51,886 bases of DNA. Origin: a virus (Duplodnaviria > Caudoviricetes). Both the position numbers and the translations under genes were made by a program. The stretch covers positions 1 to 51,886 of the IMG/VR virus record IMGVR_UViG_3300037478_000544. One strand, 5' to 3'. Position 1 is the first letter of the stretch; the number at the start of each line of letters is the position of its first letter. Below, in pieces: positions 1 through 7,126 of this stretch. The notes beneath the pieces were generated by a model. It did not search any database. It saw only the letters and a list, made by a program, of their open reading frames with translations, and was not told where the DNA came from.

Positions 1-2
1 AG

Positions 3-146
3 GTGGCCTACGCGTTGGGGTGGACCGCGATGGCCACCGGTCGGCGTATGGAGCAGGCGCGGCAGCTGGTGGAGGACCTTCCGCAAGTGCTCGACGCGCT
101 GCGGTCCGGGGCGATCGACATGCCCAACGACCGGTCTTGCCAGTAG
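3..146 (+). pseudogene. Truncated fragment of a DUF222 / 13E12-repeat family host gene, apparently cut by prophage 1
   Basis: The frame from nt 3 reads VAYALGWTAMATGRRMEQARQLVEDLPQVLDALRSGAIDMP, matching the DUF222 pattern (A-x-AL...A..L...LP...AL..G.ID). It then runs into NDRSCQ-stop just before the integrase. The 5' end is outside the window. Confidence 0.7.
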
Positions 147-161
147 CGTACACTACCGGGC

Positions 162-1613
162 ATGACCCCCAGCCCCACCACCGGCCGCGAATACCTGCGG
201 GTGTCCAAGGACCCGTCCGGCCGTGCCCGCAGCGTCACCGAACAGCACGCCGACAACCTGCAGGCTGCCACCGGCCACGGGCTCACCCTCGCCGAGCCGT
301 ACGCCGAGAACGGGGCAGTGTCCGCATCCCGCTACGGCCGGGCACCCCGCGGCGGGTTCGGCACCCTCCTGACAGACCTGCGCACCGGCCGGTTCAGTGC
401 GCACGCGCTGATCCTCTGGGAAGCCTCCCGCGGGTCCCGGCGCATGTCTGAATGGGTCGAGCTGCTCGACCTGCTCGCCGAACAGAAGGTCCGGGTGCTG
501 GTGACCACCCACAACCGCCTCTACGACCCGCAGGTTCCCCGGGACCGGCGCTCCCTGCTCGAAGACGGCACCGATTCCGAGTATGAGTCGGCGAAGGCGA
601 GCCTGCGAACCCGCCGGGCGCAGGCCGCGTTGGCCGCCGCCGGCCGGCCTAACGGCGCCGCGCCGTTCGGCTACTGCCGCTCCTACGATCCGACCAGCCG
701 GCAGGGCACCCAGACGATCGTCGCCGACGAGGCCACGGTCGTGCGGGAGATGTTCACCCGGGTCGCCGCCGGTGAGTCGCTACGCGCGATCTCCCGCGGC
801 CTGACTGACCGCGGCATCCGCTCCCGCACCGGCAGGTCGTTCACCGTCCAGTACCTGAGGCGGATGCTGCTGCGGGAGTCGTATGCCGGGTTGCGGGTCC
901 ACCGGCCCGCCGACGGCCAGGTCACCACCGTGGCAGGGACCTGGCCGGCGATCGTTGACCGGGCGCTGTTCGAACGGGTCCAGCGGATCCTGGCCGACCC
1001 GGCGCGCAGGACCCGCCGGCCTGGCCGGGCCGTCCACCTCCTGAGCCTGATCGCCGTCTGCGGCGTGTGCGGCGACGGGCTGATCGCCGTCCGGCACCAC
1101 GACGTGTGGATCTACCGGTGCCGGGGGCGGGGGCATGTCACCTGCCCGGAGGCGGAGCTGGACCACTACGTCGAGCAGGTGATGTTCGCCTACCTGGCCA
1201 GGCCCGACGTGTCCGCGAAGCTGGCCGCCGCCGCCGCCACCGGGGCCGACCTCGATCGGGTACGCGACGAGGTCGCGGCCGTCCGCGCCCAGCTCGACGA
1301 CCTCTACGACCAGGTGGCCACCCGCCGGCTGACCCCCGGCGCGCTGGCCGCGGTCGAACCCCGCCTGGTCGCGCAGGTCGAAGCCCTGCAGCGGCAGGAG
1401 GTGGAGTTGTCCGCGCCGCCGGCACTGGTGGCGTTGATCCGCCCCGGGCGTGACGCGCCACGCCAGTGGAAAACGTTGGCGGTGCCGGCCCGGCGGGAGG
1501 TTGCCCGGATGTTGCTGGCGCCAGATCTACTCGGGCAGGTCCGGGTGGGCCGGTGCCCGGTGCGTGGCCAGCGGTGCCCGGTGGAGCAGAGGACGGAGTT
1601 CAGTCATGGCTGA
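162..1613 (+). CDS. Large serine recombinase (integrase)
   Basis: YLRVS catalytic motif, ASRGSR, APFGY recombinase domain, CGVCG...YRC zinc ribbon and coiled coil. TACACT lies 7 nt before the ATG (leaderless-type start). Confidence 0.95.
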   Translation: MTPSPTTGREYLRVSKDPSGRARSVTEQHADNLQAATGHGLTLAEPYAENGAVSASRYGRAPRGGFGTLLTDLRTGRFSAHALILWEASRGSRRMSEWVELLDLLAEQKVRVLVTTHNRLYDPQVPRDRRSLLEDGTDSEYESAKASLRTRRAQAALAAAGRPNGAAPFGYCRSYDPTSRQGTQTIVADEATVVREMFTRVAAGESLRAISRGLTDRGIRSRTGRSFTVQYLRRMLLRESYAGLRVHRPADGQVTTVAGTWPAIVDRALFERVQRILADPARRTRRPGRAVHLLSLIAVCGVCGDGLIAVRHHDVWIYRCRGRGHVTCPEAELDHYVEQVMFAYLARPDVSAKLAAAAATGADLDRVRDEVAAVRAQLDDLYDQVATRRLTPGALAAVEPRLVAQVEALQRQEVELSAPPALVALIRPGRDAPRQWKTLAVPARREVARMLLAPDLLGQVRVGRCPVRGQRCPVEQRTEFSHG

Positions 1614-1983
1614 TGGGACCGACGCGCTGGCTGACAGCCCGCGTGACATGGAAGCCCTGCGAGCCGCGGTCAAGGCGGTCAAGCTGATCTGCACCGATCG
1701 CGGGCAGCACCCGCGTACCACGTTTGGTGACATGCTCCTCAGCTCCGGCGGTCATGTTGTAATCACACGTAGCTCGGTCGTCGGGTGGGCCTCGGAGACG
1801 ACCCGGCGTCCGATGAGCAAGCATTCAGCGTACATGTGGGACCAGCCCCGGACGTCCAGCGTGCGGGTCCGCTGCTGGCGATGCGGCCGGGACGTCCAAT
1901 GGCGCCGGGAACGGGCCGCTGCCATCGCGGCCCGGGCCATCGCAGCCGGGCTCACGGCCCTCGACATCAGCTACGCGGGCTAG
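1606..1983 (+). CDS. Hypothetical Zn-binding phage protein
   Basis: Overlaps the integrase stop; CTDRGQH...CWRCGR motif. Confidence 0.7.
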   Translation: MADGTDALADSPRDMEALRAAVKAVKLICTDRGQHPRTTFGDMLLSSGGHVVITRSSVVGWASETTRRPMSKHSAYMWDQPRTSSVRVRCWRCGRDVQWRRERAAAIAARAIAAGLTALDISYAG

Positions 1984-2092
1984 CTGCTACACTGCTCGAA
2001 GCTGGCTGTTCGCTGGGTCCGGCAGTCGAAACACCTGATCCAGGCAACCCCGTTCACCGACGGGGGCGGTTCACCGTTGCCTGGAGACCCAA

Positions 2093-2287
2093 ATGCCAGC
2101 CCCCATCACCGGAGTCCTCGACGACCCGGTCTGGCGCCGCGAGCGCGCCCGCAAGGCCGGCCTTGCGCGCACCACCACCGACTATCACGTCGCACAAATC
2201 GTCGAGCGCGCGCCCGAGCTGACCGACGAGCAGGCCGCCTTCTTGGCCGGCATCCTCGCTGGCCGCGGCAAGGCGGGCCGGCGATGA
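2093..2287 (+). CDS. Putative recombination directionality factor (phiRv1 Rv1584c-like)
   Basis: DYHVAQIVERAPELTDEQAAFLAGIL resembles the APPLTDEQ..RLAELL segment recalled for Rv1584c; sits just after the integrase; GGAG RBS. Confidence 0.65.
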   Translation: MPAPITGVLDDPVWRRERARKAGLARTTTDYHVAQIVERAPELTDEQAAFLAGILAGRGKAGRR

Positions 2288-2535
2288 GGGACGCCCCGAA
2301 AGCTGTCCGGCCGGCGGGGCGCCCAAACCAGAGAGTACCGGAGCCACCCCCCGACAGACTGCGGCGATGCCGCTACCTCCGGCGCAGCGGCGAGCAGTGC
2401 ACCGCAGAGGTGGTCGACGACAGCTTGTCCGCGGAGATCCTGCTGTGCCGCAAGCATCTCGGCCGCGCCGTGGTGCTGATCCGCCGGCAGGCAGCCGTGG
2501 TCAAGCTCGCCCGGAAGATCGGCGGCGGGCGATGA
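2284..2535 (+). CDS. Hypothetical protein (C/C/C/H)
   Basis: ATGA coupling at both ends; CRY...C...LCRKH. Confidence 0.65.
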   Translation: MRDAPKAVRPAGRPNQRVPEPPPDRLRRCRYLRRSGEQCTAEVVDDSLSAEILLCRKHLGRAVVLIRRQAAVVKLARKIGGGR

Positions 2536-3128
2536 GCGGCCGCGGGATGTTCGCCAACCTCACCCCGCCCTACGGCACGATCGTCGCCGACCCGCCGTGG
2601 CAGCTGGCGCAAGCCGGGGTCACCAAGGCCGACGCCCGCAAGTTCTACGCGACCATGTCGGTCGCCGACGTGGTCGCCATGCCGGTGGAGTCGCTGGCTG
2701 CCGACGACGCGCACCTGTGGCTGTGGGCGCTGAACTCGATGATGGAGGAGGCCCACCAGGTCGCCAGGGCGTGGGGGTTCCGGCCCGTCACCATCCTTAC
2801 CTGGTGCAAACCGCAGCCCGGGGTGGGGCATTACCTGCGGAACAACACCGAACACGCCATCCTCGCCACCCGCGGCCGGCCGGTCACCCCGGCGCACAAG
2901 CCGATATCCACCTGGTACGAGTGGCCGCGGGGGCGGCACTCCGCCAAACCCGCTCAGTTCATGCGGCTGGTCGAGCAGGTCTCACCCGGGCCGTACGTCG
3001 AGCTGTTCGCCCGCACCCCCGGGTTCGGGTGGGGAGCGTGGGGCGACCAGGTCCCCACCGGGCCCAGGGCCGGGGAGCTGTTCACCTGCGTGGACGGCCG
3101 GTGGGCGTTCGCGGAGTGTGCGCCATGA
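2532..3128 (+). CDS. MT-A70 family N6-adenine methyltransferase
   Basis: TIVADPPW, LWLW, GHYLRNNTEH, HSAKP and VELFAR motifs. Confidence 0.92.
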   Translation: MSGRGMFANLTPPYGTIVADPPWQLAQAGVTKADARKFYATMSVADVVAMPVESLAADDAHLWLWALNSMMEEAHQVARAWGFRPVTILTWCKPQPGVGHYLRNNTEHAILATRGRPVTPAHKPISTWYEWPRGRHSAKPAQFMRLVEQVSPGPYVELFARTPGFGWGAWGDQVPTGPRAGELFTCVDGRWAFAECAP

Positions 3129-3337
3129 GTAGCCGGCGCGAGTACGAATGCGACTGGGGCCGCTGCGTCCCGGCGACCTGGTCGGCGACCCGCGTCCCAG
3201 ACGGGCCACTGGAGAAGGCCCGGCGTTGCGCATGCGCAACGCACCTCGACGCGTTGCTCGACTTCATCGAGACGCAGGCCGGCGTTCACTACGACTTCCA
3301 GCGACTGTGCAGGCCCGACGGACGGAGGCCACGATGA
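3125..3337 (+). CDS. Hypothetical protein
   Basis: ATGA-coupled small Cys-containing ORF. Confidence 0.55.
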   Translation: MSSRREYECDWGRCVPATWSATRVPDGPLEKARRCACATHLDALLDFIETQAGVHYDFQRLCRPDGRRPR

Positions 3338-3942
3338 CCGCGTACGAATACCCCGACAGGGACGAGTGGGCCAAGAGGCAGCGCACGTTCTACGCCGACC
3401 TCGCCGACTCCGCCCGGGACGCGGTGACGACCCGAATCCTGGACTACGCCACCCAGGAGGAGATCGGCACCGCAGTCGCCGAACTCCGTGCACGCTGGAC
3501 GGTGCTAGGCCGCCGGCTGCGGGAGATCAACAAGGCGCTCCAGCCGTACACGGGCCTGCGCGAGTTCGACGGACTCAGCGAGGAGCAGCAGCAACTCCAC
3601 TGCCAGTCCCGCGACCTTCAGGACCAGCGCAAGTCGATCCTCAAGGTCGCCAAAGAGTGGGGGCAGAACCCGAACCCGTACCTCGGCGAGGCGCACTTCG
3701 ACAGCTTCCTGTGTCACTCCGTCGGGCTGAAACAGATGGCCAGCGACGGCGCCTGCCCAACGTACCGGTCGATCATCGGCCGCTGGGCCGCCGCCAAGAA
3801 AGCCGCCGAGGATGCGGCCAGAATCCGCACCGAGAACAAGCCCATCGACGATGCGGCTTGGGCGCGGGAGCTGGAGAGGCGGGCCGACCTGGAGGCGTAC
3901 TTCCGCCGCGGGCCGGTCGTCCGACGGGTCGGTGCGCCATGA
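3334..3942 (+). CDS. Hypothetical protein
   Basis: GGAGG RBS, coupled start, normal high-GC3 codon usage. Confidence 0.7.
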   Translation: MTAYEYPDRDEWAKRQRTFYADLADSARDAVTTRILDYATQEEIGTAVAELRARWTVLGRRLREINKALQPYTGLREFDGLSEEQQQLHCQSRDLQDQRKSILKVAKEWGQNPNPYLGEAHFDSFLCHSVGLKQMASDGACPTYRSIIGRWAAAKKAAEDAARIRTENKPIDDAAWARELERRADLEAYFRRGPVVRRVGAP

Positions 3943-3950
3943 GCGGGGCG

Positions 3951-4397
3951 TCACGAACGATTCGTAACAGGGTTCCGGTGAAGCCGCCGGGCAACGGCAA
4001 GCGCACTGGCCGCCTCGGCGTCGAAGTCGGAGACCAGCGCCCGCAGCAACAGCGCCCGTACCTTCGGGTCGTCGAGCAGGCGTTCGCTGTCCGGCGGCAG
4101 GCTCACCTCACGCAGCAGCCGGTGAAACTCCGCCTCGTTGAGCTGCGCCATCCGCTTGACGCCGCGGGTGAACTCTGCGGCGTGATCCTCGACGCGCTTG
4201 TCACGGTTCCGGGCTCGGCGATCGCGGGCTGTCTGGTCCCGCGCCCAACCGACCGGATCAGCTCGCCTGGCTCGGTGACCAGCCTGCCGGCAGGCGTTGT
4301 CGCAGAACTGCCGGTTGCGACCCGGGTGGTTGATCGCGCCGAAGTCGAGCAGCCGCTTCCCGCAAGATCGGCACTCTCGCCACCGTTGGATTGTCAC
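3951..4397 (-). CDS. Antisense Zn-finger protein, possibly DNA-binding
   Basis: CRSCG...GRNRQFCDNACRQAGHRARR motif; TACGAT 6 nt upstream of the GTG. Confidence 0.7.
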   Translation of the reverse strand: MTIQRWRECRSCGKRLLDFGAINHPGRNRQFCDNACRQAGHRARRADPVGWARDQTARDRRARNRDKRVEDHAAEFTRGVKRMAQLNEAEFHRLLREVSLPPDSERLLDDPKVRALLLRALVSDFDAEAASALAVARRLHRNPVTNRS

Positions 4398-4467
4398 GGT
4401 CCGATCGTAACACGGGTGCGCCATGAACTTCCGGCGGGCAAACCGCCGGGGAACAGAAAGGAAGATC

Positions 4468-4740
4468 ATGGAAAGCACGGCAAGCAAGGTCGACCGGGAG
4501 AAGCTGGCCCGAGAGACCGCAGAGCACGTCGTCACCGACCTGATCCCGCTGGGATCGGCCCTCGGCGGCGTGCTCGGCCGGGAGGGCATGCCCACCACCG
4601 TTGCGGACGTCGCCGCAGCACTGCTGGACGGGCACCTGTGGATTTCGTGGATGGACGACCGTGTTGAGGCCGCCATGCGCCAGCTCCACGGAGAGCCGAC
4701 CGGGTACGTGGCGGATCTGCTGCCGCGGGAAGCCGTCTGA
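4468..4740 (+). CDS. Hypothetical protein
   Basis: GAAAGGAAG RBS before the ATG. Confidence 0.7.
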   Translation: MESTASKVDREKLARETAEHVVTDLIPLGSALGGVLGREGMPTTVADVAAALLDGHLWISWMDDRVEAAMRQLHGEPTGYVADLLPREAV

Positions 4741-4822
4741 GCCGTCCTGACCCACACGCCGGCCGGGCGCTCCCGAACTGCGCCCGGCCCGCAACCAGTA
4801 CAACACAACGAAAGGCACCGAC

Positions 4823-5245
4823 ATGACTAGCACTACCCGGCAGCCGCCGGAGCTCGACCCCCGGTTCCCACCACCCGACCCGGAGAGGGTCGCCCTGCTC
4901 ATGGTTTGCGAGTTGGGGCCGCCCGGCGACCTGCTCGCCAAGGCGAAGATCAACGGCCGGCCGATCACAGCCGCCGAACGTGAAGTGATCGGCAAGGCCG
5001 GCCTCAACGACGTGACGGCGTGCGCGCAGATCGCCTACCAGGACGCGCAGATCGCCAACGAGCGTGCGCAGCTGACCGGACAGCTTGACGCCTTGCTGGG
5101 CAAGTACGGGTTCTTCGCCTCGGAGGACCACACGCTCGGTCAGATCCGGGACGCGATGACCCCGCAGGATGCGGCCGAGCTGGACAGGCTCTGCGAGGTC
5201 CTGTTCCCGGACGGCTACATGTACCTCAAGGGCCTAGGAGACTGA
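4823..5245 (+). CDS. Hypothetical protein
   Basis: GAAAGG RBS; protein-like composition. Confidence 0.7.
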   Translation: MTSTTRQPPELDPRFPPPDPERVALLMVCELGPPGDLLAKAKINGRPITAAEREVIGKAGLNDVTACAQIAYQDAQIANERAQLTGQLDALLGKYGFFASEDHTLGQIRDAMTPQDAAELDRLCEVLFPDGYMYLKGLGD

Positions 5246-5260
5246 CCGACACGCCGAGAG

Positions 5261-5470
5261 GTGAAGACCATGGAGAGCACGACCGAGGGCGCGTTGGGAC
5301 CGAGCAAACAGTGCTCAGACCCGAAGTGCCGGGGCGGATATTGGATCTTCGGCGCCGGGGTGGGACCGCTCAACCTCGACTGCACATGCGGGCAGCCCAA
5401 GCATCACTACGTCGGCGACGGCTGCCCACCCGGAGACCAGGACCACGCCAACCGCCCTGCCCCTGTCTGA
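5261..5470 (+). CDS. Small Cys-rich hypothetical protein
   Basis: Fills the gap between genes; GAGG upstream of the internal ATG. Confidence 0.45.
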   Translation: MKTMESTTEGALGPSKQCSDPKCRGGYWIFGAGVGPLNLDCTCGQPKHHYVGDGCPPGDQDHANRPAPV

Positions 5471-5520
5471 CCCACACACTTCCGCCGGATCGTCCGGCGG
5501 GGAGAAGGAAGGAAGATCAC

Positions 5521-5823
5521 ATGAGTAACGGAGGCGCAGGGCTCGGAAGCGTAACCGGGTTCCTCCAGATCGGCGACGGACCGGGTAGCGCAACCGGGGC
5601 CGAGGTCGAGGTCGGCGTCAGCCAGTGGTGGACCTCTGGCGACAGCGGGGTAGTCATCGACACCCCCGCCGCGTCCATCGGCATGACGGAGGACCAGGCC
5701 GCCGGACTGGCCCGGCTGCTGATCAAGGCCGCCGTGGGCTACGACGGCAAGGATTCGCCCCAGGTGGGGGGAGCCCCCCTCGCCGAGTTCCTGGCGGGCA
5801 TCCAGAGGGACCTCAGGTCCTGA
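5521..5823 (+). CDS. Hypothetical protein
   Basis: GAAGGAAGGAAG RBS. Confidence 0.65.
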   Translation: MSNGGAGLGSVTGFLQIGDGPGSATGAEVEVGVSQWWTSGDSGVVIDTPAASIGMTEDQAAGLARLLIKAAVGYDGKDSPQVGGAPLAEFLAGIQRDLRS

Positions 5824-5830
5824 TCCACAC

Positions 5831-5865
5831 GCTGGCCCGGGCTACCCGTAAGAGCCCGGGCCAGC
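5831..5865. terminator. GC-rich stem-loop
   Basis: Perfect 13-bp arms GCTGGCCCGGGCT / AGCCCGGGCCAGC in an intergenic gap. Confidence 0.6.
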
Positions 5866-5886
5866 ATCCAGCATAAGGAGGAGAAC

Positions 5887-6429
5887 GTGAGTACGACCGA
5901 CGAGACGATGAGCAGGACCGAGCGACTGGAGCTGACGAAGATCGTTCGGCAGCGGGCCAGGCTCGCCAAGGACGACGTTGCGGCCCGGGAGGCGCAGATC
6001 CTCGCCGACGCCGAATCGGCCCTGTCGGCCAGATTCAAGGAGGATGACGACGCATTCCGGGACCTGATGGTCGAGGCCCGGGCGTACATGGCCGAGCTGA
6101 AGTCGAAGCTCGACGCGCGCTGCGTCGAGCTGGGCATCCCGGCCGAGTTCCGACCCTCGGCTGAGTTGTACTGGTTCCGCCGTGGCGAGAACGCATCCAA
6201 GGAGCGGCGAAGCGAGCTTCGGATGGCGGTACGCACCCAGGCCGCGGCCAGCGGGAAGAAGGCCCGACTCCAGGTCGACCGACAGTCGGTGGACATCCAG
6301 GAGCAGCTCATGGCCGGCGGGTTCGAGTCGGTGGAAGCCGCACAGTTCCTCGCCGCATTGCCATCGGCCGAGGACCTCATGCCGGCGATCGAGTTGCCGG
6401 CGATCGAGACCAACAAGGAGAAGCCATGA
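5887..6429 (+). CDS. Coiled-coil hypothetical phage protein
   Basis: AAGGAGG RBS; helical, charged sequence. Confidence 0.8.
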   Translation: MSTTDETMSRTERLELTKIVRQRARLAKDDVAAREAQILADAESALSARFKEDDDAFRDLMVEARAYMAELKSKLDARCVELGIPAEFRPSAELYWFRRGENASKERRSELRMAVRTQAAASGKKARLQVDRQSVDIQEQLMAGGFESVEAAQFLAALPSAEDLMPAIELPAIETNKEKP

Positions 6430-6674
6430 ACACGAACAGGATGAGCACGCTCGCACTGTGCGAACTGCTACTCACCGTGGTCGACGAGCTGGACCACCGA
6501 GGCCGGGCCGACTCCGGCATCGACGGGATTGTCAACGGCTGGGACACCATCACAACCGCGTGGGGCGACCTGCGCCACGACGTCGACGGCTGGAACTTCG
6601 TGTGGGACAGCGAGGGTTCGGCTGAAATCGCGCTGCGCGACCGCGGCTGCGGCTGCACCCCGCAGCCCGTCTGA
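6426..6674 (+). CDS. Hypothetical protein
   Basis: AAGGAG RBS, ATGA coupling. Confidence 0.6.
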   Translation: MNTNRMSTLALCELLLTVVDELDHRGRADSGIDGIVNGWDTITTAWGDLRHDVDGWNFVWDSEGSAEIALRDRGCGCTPQPV

Positions 6675-6763
6675 TCCGCAACCGCCCCGGGACCGGAACC
6701 GGCCGGCACACCCGCGCTCACGTCGCGGGCGGGGCACCAGCAGCACGGCGATAGGAGGCGGGT

Positions 6764-7126
6764 GTGGCACCACGAGCAAAGATTCGGCAGAACCCGCCCG
6801 TTCTGACTGGCGTTACCGGCGGCGAGTTCTGCCCCGACCACGGCCCATACCAGCCGCCGTACGAGGCGCTGGAGACCCGCCGGAAAGCGACCTCGCCCGG
6901 GGTGTCCGCCCCGCGAGCCTGGCGGCTGCTGGAGCACTCCGAGCGGCTACGGCGGACATGCCCACAATGCCGCGATGTCATACCGACGATGGGCCGCTGG
7001 GCCGCCCGAATCCGATGCGCCCTCGCGGAGGCGACAGCCAACGACCCGTTCGCACCACGGTGCCCATTTTGCGAAGTCCTACTGGACACCGACGACCCGT
7101 TCGGCGACCGGCACCGGTGCACCTGA
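6764..7126 (+). CDS. Hypothetical protein with CxxC motifs
   Basis: AGGAGG RBS; TGATG overlap with the primase start. Confidence 0.6.
   Translation: MAPRAKIRQNPPVLTGVTGGEFCPDHGPYQPPYEALETRRKATSPGVSAPRAWRLLEHSERLRRTCPQCRDVIPTMGRWAARIRCALAEATANDPFAPRCPFCEVLLDTDDPFGDRHRCT

Noticed and set aside
6529-7125. N-terminal extension of the 1063-aa ORF
   Set aside because: Low-complexity R/P/A sequence overlapping two better genes; the real start is at the TGATG overlap at 7126.
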